Shown: positions 33,501-45,578 of the stretch, piece by piece
Layout: every line of letters starts with the position of its first letter
Position numbering within the stretch: position 1 is the stretch's first letter
Origin: Craspedostauros australis
Taxonomy: Eukaryota
Assembly: GCA_030167865.1 (NCBI GenBank)
Contig: JALAGF010003405.1
Location: 1-64,000, forward strand
DNA: 64,000 nt
Direction of reading: 5' to 3'
Translations under genes and position numbers: made by a program
Notes under the pieces: model-generated
What the model was told of the DNA's origin: nothing
What the model saw: only the letters and a program-made list of their open reading frames with translations
The model's database searches: none

Positions 33501-36500
33501 GGACTTGACGCTGTCATCCACCAGGATGCGGGTGAGAGACTGAGAGACTCTCGCAGACAGGCTACCCGATCGAATGTTTGCTGAGCCGCGGTTTCCCCAA
33601 AATGGAGTCACGGTCTTGTTCCTCGAGGTGCTGGTGCCTTCGCATTCCAAGAGCGAGGACACTGCTTCGAATGAGAGGATCAGCAGCTCGTGGAGGTCTT
33701 TCTCCGAGAAGACAGAACTCTTCGTCCCCAAAAGCGTCATGATGGAGTCGCTGAGGTTGAGGATTGTCGGAACCAAAACGTGCAGGTGGTCGACGAGGAC
33801 GGTACGGAACTTCTGCAAATTCGAAAGTATCAATCTCACACGCTCCTTCTCCAACCGGCTAGTTTTGAGCTGCGATGTGGCCGTCCAATCGGAAACAAGC
33901 ACGGAATCCAAGCTGGCAAGGATGCGACCGATGAGGCGAGGGACGAAGTCGCGAAACTCTCCAGGGATGCTGATGGAGAGGTGAGAGATGAGCGCGAAGA
34001 TTGTTCCAAGATGCTTCGAATCCCAGAAGTGCTCGATGATGTCGAAGATATCCTGGACGTAAGGCCGCAGACGTTCCCTCACGATGCCGCACAGCGTTGC
34101 AACTTGTTTGAGCAAGGACTCTCTCAAGCTTCCAAGCGTCCGGATGGCATGCAGGATGTGCGGTACCACGATCTTCAAGAATTGGACACACTGAAGTCCG
34201 AGCGATTTGAAGATGAACATGATGGCCTGCATGACCATGCCATGATGGACCGCCAGGGATGGATCTCGGAAGATCTTCATCAACGCATGGATCGCGATTG
34301 TGGGAAAGAAGTCTTTGTCCATCAACGTCATTCTCCTGGCGGAGGACAGACTTGAGTCCGGGATTGCGACCATTGCGTACTGCTCATACATGAACAGATG
34401 CGCTGGCTGCGCGTTGTTCGCAATTGGCGTCACGTTGTTGGACGCGTTCCCGCCATCGCCAATGGTGGTGGTGTGTTGAGTATTGGCGCTTGTCACAATA
34501 CCTCCCGTGCTCTGATTCCGCTGCATTTGGTGAATATTGCCAATGCTGCTCGCACGTTTCATCACCATAGCCTGCCCTTTGGATGACATCGATAGCTTGG
34601 AGATGATCCGCGCGTGTGAAGAAAGAGAATGAGCCGTGGTGCCGGTGCCGATATTGATGCTGCCCCCATGGAAGGTAATTTCTTTATCCGTGTCCTCCTG
34701 AGGCGTTTCCGGGGTGATGAAGTACGCGCCTCCAACAACTCCACCTTGCCGAGTCTTCAGAGCCACTTGCTGACACCTGTCGGGATCAAGAGCGCCCAGG
34801 ACGCCTAGCGTTCGAATTACCTCTTTCCGGAGCGACCACGGCGCTCGCTTCGTGGCGGGAAGGATGTCACTTGCCTGTGTCAGCAGCATGGGGTAGTCGA
34901 TGTAAGGTTGGATAATGTATCCTGTCGATCCAGCGATCTGAGCCAGCGTTTTCAAACTGATTTGCTGCTTACTCGCGCTGCTTTGATCTTGCAGGGTCTC
35001 GAGGATGGTTGGAATGATCTGCGGAATCCATGGCTTCAGCGACGGGCCAGTGGCCTTTGCCAATTCGCCCAAAGCCTCCAGTGCCGCGGAAACCAACCTG
35101 GGTGTGGAACCATCCAGGGGTATGCATCTGACGAGCGATGGGAGGAATGGAGGGACGAGGCGCTGAAATGGCTTCGCCCGTAGAAAGACGACGAGCAACC
35201 GCGTGGCCTCCTCGCGGCCACGGCCTGTACCCACGCCGCTCTCCAACTCGAAGATTAGATCCAGCAGAAACCGCCGCATGTGAGGCAGGATCTGGCCGGG
35301 ATTGAGTGCGGCGAGACGTCCAAGAAGCATTACCACTGCAGCTCGGGTCGTGACATTCTCGTCGTACAATATCAAGAACAGCGACCGAAGATGGTTGGCC
35401 TGGCAGAGGAAGGAATCGTAGCGCGAATCCAGAGCCCGCACGATGCAAAATCGAACGACGGGGACGAGGTCCGAGACGGCCAATTGAAGCAAAGAGCAGA
35501 GCACCCCTTCGATGATCTTTCCTGAATGCTGACCAATGACGGACGATTTCTGTGCCATCCCAGGTGGAACAAGTAGCACGCAACATGTCAACGCAGCCCC
35601 TTTCCGCACTTCGCTCGATGGATGCGAGAGGTACTGCGATGCGACTTGCTGAATGAAAGGAAGGAGCGGCACTACTTCCCCCGAAGTGGTGACCCTGCCC
35701 ATCGAGTCTCCGAACGAACTCAGCGTCTCCAGGCTCAGCACGATGTCTTTGACATCTTGTGGGTTGACGGAAGGGTTGACGATGGATACGAAGTCAGGAT
35801 CGTCGTTGCTCGTGGACGAGATGGCAGCGCTCTGCTGGACTTCATTCCTTGCCGGTGGTCTGTACTGGACCAATGGATCGCAGATGAGCTTCGCCGATTC
35901 GGGCCTACCGACAAGGCACTTGGATACCTCCTGAAAGAGCCTATCCTCGATCATCTTCTGATACGATGGGGCGTTCTGACCAATGGCGTGCAGGCAATGG
36001 ATGAGATCGTTGCTCAAGCCTGCTTGGAACATGTCGTCGATCAGGGTCTTGATGTATGGCACAGCGACGGTGCCCAACGCTTCTACCAGGTTCGCCGCAC
36101 ATTGGAATACGGATGTGTGCGTTTCGGAAATGGCGCTGTGGTTGGATGAAGCCACGTCGCCGTGGGTGAGCACATCGCGGAGCAACCCAAATATTGTGTC
36201 CAGTTCTTGATGGATGATGCCCTGCTTGCAGACCTCCACCGTGTGAATCCCCGATTGTGATTCTGGATCCTCCCGAATCTTGACGATTTGGAGGGAGGGG
36301 CCGCCGATGACTTCTCCAGTCGCATCATCCACCATGGAGAGCACCAGAAGGCCCAGCGCAGTGAATGAGGACGGTCGTAGATCGGTGCTGCTGTTTTGCT
36401 GTGGCGCAGCCTTCGCGCAATCGATCAAGAAGACAACGCTTTCGTCCAGGTAGCGACGCGCGAAAACCTTTGGGAATCGCCGTGCGAGTCTGGGAATCAA

Positions 36501-38516
36501 TCGAATGACTTCCAACTGGATCAGGTCTAAAGAATGGTTGCGGAGGGCCAGGACATGACGGCAGACCTCATCAAACCGCGGCAACATGAAGTCGCCCGTG
36601 TGAGCCAGCATGGTGGCCACGACGAGCAACGATCCATGCTGCGCCGCGTCGACCCGGCTATGTGCGTGCCAGCTTGGTTTGTTGGATTGCAGTTCGAATC
36701 CGTCCATGAGGGCAAAGTGTAGCTGGCATAGTATTCCAGTGAGCGACCGATGCCGTCTGTCAATCAGAATGCGTAGGCAGTATGAGAGCGCGTCTGCTGC
36801 ACAAACGCGGACAACGGGCTGGGGGTCGCGAATCGAGTAGAAGATGTGATCGAGGAATTCATTGGACGGACCAAGCCCCGAGAATGCTTGGCTCGTTTTG
36901 GAGTAGAACGACGTCGGGGCATGGATGGCAAATTCTTTGAGAGCCAGGCATGCGGCAAGTCTATCAGTTGTGCATTTGGACATGCAAATATTGATGTTGT
37001 TGGTGTTGTTGGCATTGTTGGCGTTGGGCCATATGTGTGCAGGTGGGAGTGAGGGGAGTGCGTGAGTGAGTGGGAGACAATCTGATGTGATATGATTCAA
37101 TGGAAAGAGACACGCTGTGTGTATTGGCGACTTGTTTCAGCGCGAAGATGAGGAAGCGTACAGGCACATGCACTCCCACGCTTCTCTCTCCACAAACCGC
37201 AAGTGCGTAGAGGTGATTGCGTTGCCTTACCTTCGATCTGAGCGCTCGGTCCGTAGCCACTCCAGGGCCCGAGTGAGTTCCGACTCGACAAAGTCCACGT
37301 TCGATGTGCGCGTCGCCATGTGGCCCAGAGCACGCGAGACGGCGGAGAAGAATTCGAAGTCACCATTGGACGACCGAAGCCCGTTGCTCAGGGTGTTGGC
37401 AAACTTGATAGCCTTCTTTTCCTCGTCCGCACTGGGTGCATCAATCAAGGCATCAAGCGCTGCAAGCCCTGCCATGCGTTTGTTGTTTTCGTTGGAATGG
37501 ATGAGGGCGAAGACGGAGGAAAAGACCTCGCTTTCCACGACGCCGTAGTGTTCCAACGACATTTCATGCGCCAGGATCCAAAGCAAGGAGGAAAGTTCCG
37601 TCGCAGCCCGCTTGTTCGCCTTGTGCCGGACGATGCTGGCCCGATAGGTGGTGGAGCTCTCAAGTTGATCCCCGTCAACAAACTCGAGCTCCGCGTCCTT
37701 GCTGGGCTGAGCTTTGCTCTTGTTGAAGAAGTTGAGAACTGTTGTTTTGACGGCGAGGTTGACGGCGAGATTGACGGTCTTGGTTTCTTGCAATGTGGCT
37801 GAGATGGTACGCAGGTGCGGGGTCGTCTTGAGCAAGGAGGCGGCATGCTTCGGAGGGCCGAACCAATCCGTCCGCACAGTTGCTGCCCAGGATGACAGCT
37901 GCTTGCGCGGTCTATTCTCCCACGCCCCGCCCTCTCGCACCTGTATTCGCTTCGCGCACTTGGGGCAGATTCGTTCATTTTTGTTTCCGCCGAACCGGCT
38001 GCCGTTGCTCGGTGTGGATGAACTCGGTGACATGGCCATGCCGGGTCCGGAACCAGATGGTGGCCGCGCCACGGCTGGAGACGGCGTCGATCCCGAAGTC
38101 GACTTCACGCGTCCCGGCGTTGTGAAGCCTATTGACGATCTGCGTGCCCCGTACCTGGCACCTGTCCAGCTGGCTCGGGCACCCGGTGAGGTGGAGGACA
38201 GCGAACAAGTGCAGTCCTCGTCGGCCTTCGACGACGTTGCCCAGGGCTTCATTTCCCCGCCGTCGTTGGCAGAGTTCAAGGATAGTCCAAAGGTCTCCGA
38301 TGCCTTCCATGGATCGATGGAGTTTTGCAGGGACACATGCTGCACCGACGCCGCAGCTGCAGCCGCAACGGATGCTGTCACTGCATTCTTCCGGCGAAGG
38401 TTGGAAATGATGGGTGTCAATGGCGAGTGGTAGGAGGTGATGCCATCGACGATCTTTGGGAAGAGGCTGTCCACTGCTGCTTCGTTCATCTTTTTCTGTG
38501 ATTGGTGGTAGCGCAT
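27555..38516 (-). CDS. TOR: Target of rapamycin kinase; exons 38516-37231, 36960-32558, 32185-28922 and 28570-27555 (~3,322 aa)
   Basis: HEAT repeats, FAT ([22 protein letters not shown]), FRB ([18 protein letters not shown]), kinase ([51 protein letters not shown]) and FATC (YVGWCAFW*). Three canonical introns join the pieces in frame. Confidence 0.97.
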
Positions 38517-38616
38517 GGCAGGATCCTGCGTCTGTTGTTCCGTGATAACGTTGGTGATGTGTCACGTACGGATGTGTGTGGGCGTGGTAATTCGTCGGCT
38601 GGGATTCTCGTACCGT

Positions 38617-38658
38617 ATGTATGAGTATGAGTGTGACTATGAGTATGAGTGTGAGTAC
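38617..38658 (+). repeat. Degenerate hexamer repeat (GAGTAT/GAGTGT) in the TOR 5' region
   Basis: atgtatgagtatgagtgtgactatgagtatgagtgtgagtac read directly. Confidence 0.75.
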
Positions 38659-39499
38659 TGGTAGAGTGGTGCAAGTAGATGATGGGATGTCGGCCTTCGA
38701 GGACTCTGTCGCTTGTGTATGTACGTAGTAGTGTGGTGTGATGCTCTGGTCTGATCTACTACCACGAGTGCATTGGTATGACACCTCTCCAAATGCTTCC
38801 TCCGAGTATGAATGGACTCGCAGAGTTCTTTGTTTCCAGAAGATCTGTGAATGAGGACGAGATGGTGCTTGCAAAACGGTGCGAGCAGAAGGAGCAGAAG
38901 AGTGAGGACGATGTGATGTTGCAATCGTGAAGTGCCTCTGTGTGTTCGGGCTTCATTGGTTCATCACGCAAGGGGGAGGGGAAGGGACACGATCTTTTGT
39001 TCTTTTTGTGATTGATGTGTCGTGGACTTCGGTTGCGAAGTCAGCCCGAATCTGCGCAATCTCTTTTCCAACACCTCTCTGTCTCTCTAAACATAGTTGG
39101 TAGTCTACTCTCCTTGAATGGGCAACAGAGCGCACAATCGCACCATGTTTGTGCGTTTCTCTATGGTACTATCCTCGAACGCTGAAGAATACGCTGCGAT
39201 GCAAGAGTCGAATTGTCGCATTTCTGTAGGTTAGAGGAGAGTCCGTGTATGCCATTGTACATTCCTCCACTAATTGTTGGAAAGTCAGAGCACTCGGATT
39301 GCATCGAAAAGGACAAAGATCGTACTCCACTCTGGATGCGTCGACGTCCCAAACTGCGCTTTCAAAAGCCAACCCAAGATCAGCAGCGACGGCAGTCAGT
39401 CGCGTTCGGGAAGTGTGCTCAATGTTTGCGATGTGTTCAAGCCATCTCTCTCGAACGAACGAATCAAGCGAGTGAGCGAACGAGAGAGCATCCTTCCCG

Positions 39500-40411
39500 T
39501 CATTTACTCTTGACCGGAACGATGGTGAAGCTGATGAAAGTGCCCTCTGGATTGTGCTGAGGATCCGCCTTGACTCTCCCGAACTCAGAGATCATCTCCT
39601 CTATTCTGACGAGCAGCTCTTTGCCGACATTCTCGTTTTGCCTCAGCATTCGTCGCCTGGAGAAAATGGTCACATCGCAATCAGCGCCTTTGCGGATGGT
39701 CTTCTCAATGTCCGCGATCTTGCGTTCCAAGTCGTGCTCGTCGATCGCGGCACGGAAACGGCAGCTCTTCTTCTTCGGCGTCGCGTTGCTCTTTTTCGAT
39801 GTCTGCGTCGTGCGCTTCTTCTGGTACTCCAGTTTTGCAAGCTCCGCGATCTTGATGACGGGCGGTTGCTGCGTGACCTCCACGCCGATCAAATCCGCCA
39901 TCTGTTCAGTCGATATCTTGATTGCCTCCGACAAGGATATCAGCTCCACCCTTGCCTTCTCGCCGGCACCCTGATGAATGACAGCTCGTACTTCAACGCT
40001 GTCTGGGCTGTCGGATCCGTGTGACCTCATCAGCATCTTGATCAACCGTTCATTCGTCGGCGGTTGCTTGCTCCCGTCATCCTTCTTTTTCCGCCGTGAT
40101 GAGAAATGTCGTGCATTTGCGCGAAAGGGCGATTCCTGTTGGTGTAGATCCTGATGGTGCTTCTGACGTAAACCCATTGCATCGTTGGTGGAAACGAGAT
40201 ATGTGCCCGATGGCGTGGATGTTGCTGCGTTCAGATGAATGAATCTTGGCATTGCGCTGGAGTTGGAGGAGATCCCACCTGCTCGAATCTCGGCAAACAG
40301 CGGTTGCCGCTGCGCATCATTGTTGGAATTCCGAAGCGCCAAACCTCTCCTGGTCGCATTGCAATGCCTCGAGGCTGAACGGAACGGTAGAACTTGGCGG
40401 AGCATCGTCAT
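39500..40411 (-). CDS. infC: Organellar (probably mitochondrial) translation initiation factor IF-3
   Basis: Arg/Ser-rich presequence ending RHFSS. NE..I..VR....LSEAIK..ADLIGV..QPPVIKI..K..YQKK fits IF3-N; KK.RFRAAIDEHDLERKI..I..G....VTI fits IF3-C. Confidence 0.85.
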   Translation of the reverse strand: MTMLRQVLPFRSASRHCNATRRGLALRNSNNDAQRQPLFAEIRAGGISSNSSAMPRFIHLNAATSTPSGTYLVSTNDAMGLRQKHHQDLHQQESPFRANARHFSSRRKKKDDGSKQPPTNERLIKMLMRSHGSDSPDSVEVRAVIHQGAGEKARVELISLSEAIKISTEQMADLIGVEVTQQPPVIKIAELAKLEYQKKRTTQTSKKSNATPKKKSCRFRAAIDEHDLERKIADIEKTIRKGADCDVTIFSRRRMLRQNENVGKELLVRIEEMISEFGRVKADPQHNPEGTFISFTIVPVKSK

Positions 40412-41192
40412 GCATCAATGCTGAAGTGCAAGTGCCGTGGCGTAGTTTCATGTATTGGCAACGTATGGCGTCGTCGCAACAGGTCTACGGGCTGCTCCGT
40501 TGTCCGATGCTCATGCAATTGTGGTGTTCTGCGTCATTGCGTTTGGGGAGAAAATGGTGGGAGGGGGTGGAGCCGATGCGCGATGATGGTGGTTTGTGCC
40601 GAAACATGAAACGATCTCGGCGTGCGTGAAACACGAACGTGTTTGGGAAACGAGCGACGGTTAGGCCATGTCCGTTAGTAGTACTATGTTCTTGTGTGAA
40701 GATACAATGGAACTCCTTCACGAACGATGGTACCGAACGCGACCTGCACGTTGGAAAGTGGGCAACCTCATAGCGTGTCTTTGGGAATAGAAAGGTGGCA
40801 AAGTAGTGGTACTTGGCTCAAACACCTACGAATGGAGTAGAAAAGACCAACTTTCTCAAGATACCACTCAGAGATACTATCTACAAGATCGTAAACACGC
40901 TATTGGATTTGTTCTGAGCTCATGGTTGCGTTGTGAAGCTGCAAGGAACTAGAACATTTGCTCAAAGCTCGTGCGTGAACGAGTGACGAGTTGGATACCA
41001 TCACTCTGGTGGATGTTTCAAATTTTGGCGCGACTTCCATCATCTCCTTCCGACGACAACAACAACAAACACAGCCACACAAATTCGAGAATCGACTGCG
41101 ACAGCCGCAGGATACGAATCACCAGCTGGTCATGGTCATGTCGGTGCTATCCTCACTTGGAGTGCTCCTCGTGCGTACAGTATCATTTGACC

Positions 41193-43475
41193 ATGAAAAC
41201 TCCTCGAAGGGATACGAGGACATGTCACGTCCGGGTGGTGCTGATGTGCAAGGGGAAAGGTGGGGACAGGAATTCCTTCCAGGCCAACCGAGACGCCTCC
41301 CAATGGTGGGGTCGTCGCGATGCATTAGTCAGATGCGTGTCCTCCTTCCTCTTCGGACCGTCGTGCTCATGGCGGAAATTGCAAGATCAGCTCCCTCATC
41401 ATGACGCTGACAAGGCAGAAGCGTCGGAGACAAAGCCAAGCGGACGCCAGCTCGTCCTTCTGTTTGATGATGACCTCGCCGAGATGCACATGACATACGA
41501 GCCCGAGAGTGACTCGTCAATGCCCACGCAGCATAAGAGGCAGCAAAGGGGGAAATCGCATGGATTCGGGCCGCTCTCCAAGGCGCCAATCGTCCCCAGC
41601 GAGCGCACCGTCATAGACATGTGGAGATCAGCCGCGTCCAAACCGAACAAGGAACAGACGTTCGCAAACGGCATCAAGTGCACCTGCCGGATTGATCCAA
41701 CGCTGCGACCTGTCGAGACGGATGGTACGATCAACAGCGCGAACAATCACAGTCGCAACAAGGGCAGCAATAAGGCCGGCAACGCCAGAAGTTCTGGCAA
41801 TTCGCAAAGTATCGGGAGATCCCCTCCAGCCGGCTTGGATTCGAAGAGATCGTTGCTGGAATTCTTGCAGGCCAAGTGCAGCATCGAATTCCTCAGAGAC
41901 AAAGGGTTGAACAGCTCGGCAAGCGTCATTCTGAGGAAGGTCAACAAGAAGACGCTGACCAACGTCTGGTACGATTGGTACGAATTGCAAAAGGCTGAGA
42001 TAGATTCAAACAAGGCCAGCGACGCCCCAAGCTCGGTCACATCGCCATCGCCATCGCCATCTACGACACCCGCGACAACGGCTGCAGAGACTTCATCAGA
42101 CAGTCAGCCACAGGCACTTGCAGAAATCATCTTCTCGAAGCTTCTGGATTTGCCAAAGGAATTCGAAGGCCGCCATGTTGTTTCGACGCTGCACGAGAAA
42201 TTCGATGAGTTCCCTTGCTTCCACATCGATCCCTCGAATGGAGGTAACGAGAGTTGCGCAGCAGACCATATTCAGAACCTGCAACCCACCACAATCACGA
42301 TCTTTCTCGGCGCTGTTCGAGACATGCATGACTACGAATACGATGCCTTGCAGGCGGTGTGCCAACGACGAAACCTGAATTTGGTGGGGATGCGGTTTGG
42401 ACAGGTTCCCGAATTCACAAGCAAGATACTATCGATCCTCGCATTCCATCATTCCAACCGGGTGTTCGCATCAGCCGTGGACAGGATGGTGCGGAAGAAG
42501 GGTGGTGCAGTCCATAACAACAGCGTTGCTGCCCAAACTGAACTCGTGCCATCGAACGACCAACCAAGCACATCCAAGAGAAGCACAGCTTTCCACATCA
42601 TCTGCAGGGTGCCAACGACGACAGAAATCTTCATTAATTCCGCGGAGATCAGCAAGCGCACTCGCGTCCATTGGGCTATGGTCCGAACGACGGTATGCGG
42701 CCTTTGGCGATCACGAATTGCAGGCGGTGGCAGTAGCTCCGCATCCAACATCCGCCACGCTTGTTCGTTGAGATTTGTATTTGATGATGGGCTTGTCTTG
42801 CATCTAGAAGCTGAGGAATTCGTCTCCAAACTGGCGACGAACCATCAAGCGGCGCCTTGCGAGTATCAGATACTGGATGCCATTGCGAGTCTGGTGAAAG
42901 AACGACGACGGCTGATCGAACCCAGCCAAGGAAAAGCGTTGGACGCGAAATCCATGAAGGGATGCTTCAAGGATCTTGTGAAGGAAACGATCCGAAACAG
43001 CACGCCAGTCATCCGTATGATCGCCGCATTGGATGCAGAGTCAGCTTCGTCTCAAGCCACTACTGCAGCCACTGCAATCACTGAACAATTCTACAATCAC
43101 CCATCCACAAATCGGGACGACGGGATTAACGCCATCTTGATGGCGATGGAAATCCGCTGCGGCAAGCAGCAACACAACAATAGCAACCAAAGGAGGACGG
43201 AACATCGCAAATCCTTCCGAAAGGTGCTGCGCAAGGTTGCCGAAAAGCACAAGATTCCCATCATGAATGGTTGCATTTTGCAAGATATGGATTGTGTCGA
43301 CTACGAGGGATGTTCCATCGTCAATCTCCAGCACGGCTTGCATCAAGGACGGCTGTTCTGCGTGGAAGATGAATGCAACGCCGTCGCCAGCAAACGGCGC
43401 AAGCAGCAAAAGCTCGATGGCCCCGAATCAGGAACTGCGATTACGATGCACCGCAAGCGACGAAAGATAAAATAA
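41193..43475 (+). CDS. Putative tandem TrmY-like SPOUT RNA methyltransferase (~760 aa)
   Basis: GRRDALVRCVSSFLF, VPSERTV, NGIKC, STLHE, IFLGAVRDM, and MRFGQVPEFTSKILSIL align by eye with TrmY motifs (GR.D.L.RCV, PDER, LH, FI.GD, LGP). A second degenerate copy follows. ATG at 41193 is inferred. Confidence 0.55.
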   Translation: MKTPRRDTRTCHVRVVLMCKGKGGDRNSFQANRDASQWWGRRDALVRCVSSFLFGPSCSWRKLQDQLPHHDADKAEASETKPSGRQLVLLFDDDLAEMHMTYEPESDSSMPTQHKRQQRGKSHGFGPLSKAPIVPSERTVIDMWRSAASKPNKEQTFANGIKCTCRIDPTLRPVETDGTINSANNHSRNKGSNKAGNARSSGNSQSIGRSPPAGLDSKRSLLEFLQAKCSIEFLRDKGLNSSASVILRKVNKKTLTNVWYDWYELQKAEIDSNKASDAPSSVTSPSPSPSTTPATTAAETSSDSQPQALAEIIFSKLLDLPKEFEGRHVVSTLHEKFDEFPCFHIDPSNGGNESCAADHIQNLQPTTITIFLGAVRDMHDYEYDALQAVCQRRNLNLVGMRFGQVPEFTSKILSILAFHHSNRVFASAVDRMVRKKGGAVHNNSVAAQTELVPSNDQPSTSKRSTAFHIICRVPTTTEIFINSAEISKRTRVHWAMVRTTVCGLWRSRIAGGGSSSASNIRHACSLRFVFDDGLVLHLEAEEFVSKLATNHQAAPCEYQILDAIASLVKERRRLIEPSQGKALDAKSMKGCFKDLVKETIRNSTPVIRMIAALDAESASSQATTAATAITEQFYNHPSTNRDDGINAILMAMEIRCGKQQHNNSNQRRTEHRKSFRKVLRKVAEKHKIPIMNGCILQDMDCVDYEGCSIVNLQHGLHQGRLFCVEDECNAVASKRRKQQKLDGPESGTAITMHRKRRKIK

Positions 43476-43673
43476 ATGTATTACCATGTATCGCAACGTC
43501 AGAACGCGTCGGAACAAAGTACTCGTAGTGCTGCGGACTCGGCAGAATTCATTGCGGCGGATGGTGCATGATGTACCATTCCTGTATCACGATGACGAGA
43601 ATCCGCGGTTCCGGAGCGTTGTCGCAGGGCCGACCCGACAGAGTACTAGGATAGCAGTCTACTCTACCTTACT

Positions 43674-44837
43674 CTATTTCGTTTGCTCCAATTTGTAAAT
43701 ATCTGTCCGACGTTGATTGTAAATCGGAAGGCTCTGCCGAATCTCTTCCACCTTGGACATGTCCAGATCGGCGAAGACAACACCGGCCGATTCATCGGTC
43801 GTTTCAAGAACATCGCCCCATGGAGACACGACAGTGGAATGCCCCCACGCCGTGTAGTGAGGGTACTTGGATGTGGATTCATCTGCCGGCGGTTCGCTTC
43901 TGGCGGGTGAGGCAGTGATGACGTAGCATTGGTTGTCCAAGGCACGTCCGCGCTGCAGCAATTCCCAATGGGCCGGACCCGTCGTCATGTTGAAGGCACC
44001 GGGGTACACGATGATCTTGCAATTGTGTTGTTGACGTAGCAGCATGGCGTATTCGGCAAAGCGAATGTCGTAGCAGATCCCGACCCCGATGTTGCCGATG
44101 GGCGTCTCGAAGACGGAGACTGATTCGCCTGGACTGAGCGTCTCGCTCTCGAAGAATGTGATGCCGCCCGGCACGTCGATGTCGAAGAGATGCACCTTGC
44201 GGTGTTTGGCCACGACCTTGCCGGTGGGATCCATGACGAGGCACGTGTTGTAGATCTTGGATTTCTCGTCGTTGTCGTTGTCATCGGAAGTTGCGGCAGA
44301 TGGTGCAGATGACGTGCCGGCCACAGTTTCTGGCACGGACCCTCCGACGATCCACATCTTGTTCGCCTTGGCGAGGTCGTGCAGCAGCTGCGCGCTGGCC
44401 GAATCCGCCATGGACTCATCGCCAACGTTCGGAAGCTTCTCTGCGTATTCTGGGAATGCTGCCGTCGCATAAGGCGAGTTCCAAACCTCCGGAAGAACGC
44501 AGAGGTCGGCACCACCATCCGCTGCCTTCTGAATGAACTCCTTGGCAGTCTGGTGGTTGGTGGCCTTATCGGGCGTGACATGAAATTGACACAGCGCGAC
44601 GCGGAACTTGTCCGCTTTGTCACCTGATGACGCCGCTTCGGTTGACATGCTCAGCCTTTGGCTCGTGCTTCTGCTGAGTGATTGCTGCGCGTATCTCCTG
44701 GAGAATGCTGCTGACAGCGTCGGAACCAGAGCTGTTGATTGCCTGCGAACTGGGGTCCACGCCCTGGCCACGTCGAAGGAGAACGACAGAGTCGATGCAA
44801 TTGCCCACGTGTTGATGCTTCGACTTGCAAATCTCAT
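43674..44837 (-). CDS. NIT2: Omega-amidase (nitrilase superfamily, NIT2/NLP3-like), probably plastid-targeted (~387 aa)
   Basis: Catalytic triad motifs VLPEVWNSPY, HRKVHLFDID and GICYDIRF, plus YPGAFNMTTGPAHWELLQRGRALDNQ. Signal peptide MRFASRSINTWAIASTLSFSFDVARA-WTP. Confidence 0.9.
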   Translation of the reverse strand: MRFASRSINTWAIASTLSFSFDVARAWTPVRRQSTALVPTLSAAFSRRYAQQSLSRSTSQRLSMSTEAASSGDKADKFRVALCQFHVTPDKATNHQTAKEFIQKAADGGADLCVLPEVWNSPYATAAFPEYAEKLPNVGDESMADSASAQLLHDLAKANKMWIVGGSVPETVAGTSSAPSAATSDDNDNDEKSKIYNTCLVMDPTGKVVAKHRKVHLFDIDVPGGITFFESETLSPGESVSVFETPIGNIGVGICYDIRFAEYAMLLRQQHNCKIIVYPGAFNMTTGPAHWELLQRGRALDNQCYVITASPARSEPPADESTSKYPHYTAWGHSTVVSPWGDVLETTDESAGVVFADLDMSKVEEIRQSLPIYNQRRTDIYKLEQTK

Positions 44838-45578
44838 TCTCAACAAATGGTGAGCAAGTACTCTGGAGTGCAGCTCGTAAATGCAGGAGTCACAGAGCAG
44901 TGGATCAGAGAGTAGGACCTTCCTTTGGGCAACAATGTGTAAGTCCGTGTAGGTACTATACGCGTAGATAGGTATCGTATTCGTATAGTAAGAGTGGCGG
45001 GACCATGCAAAGCATGTTGAGGGCACCACACGAGCTACGGGAGGTGAGGCAGAGATCCATCCTGGAAGCGCGAAAGATCAACACATCAACACAAAGATCC
45101 AAGAACAACGCGCCATAGGGAGGTACGGTAATATTCCATATCCATGAATTACTGTGTGGACCCATCCGACTGAAACACTGACGAAAATGAAGAAAAGCGA
45201 ACAACAAATCGACGTCGCATTTGTGCGTTTTGGAACACATGCGTTGCCTCTGGAGATCCCACAACTCCACCCTCGAATCCACGACGTCACTGTTTGCAAC
45301 AACGCGCAATGCCGGACAACGCCACAATCGTCATCCCCCCACACTAACTTCTCGTGTTTTGGTTCGTCGTTCATCACAATAATCGTATGATAGGTACGCA
45401 TGGAGCACATACCGATACTCCTCTGCGAACAAAGAGAGAAAGAGCTGAGGTTGCTCACAATCAGGAATAGTGTAGCGCAGGTCATCTTGATCGCCACGAG
45501 GACAACTTGAGATCAAGATTGGGGATTGACAATCGTACGAGTGGGACGAGCCAACGTGCAACTACAAGACCAACGAAT

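Noticed and set aside
37975-38971. Overlapping ORF and short uORFs in the TOR leader
   Set aside because: The long one starts at a non-ATG codon and crosses microsatellite; the transcription start is unknown, so the uORFs cannot be supported.
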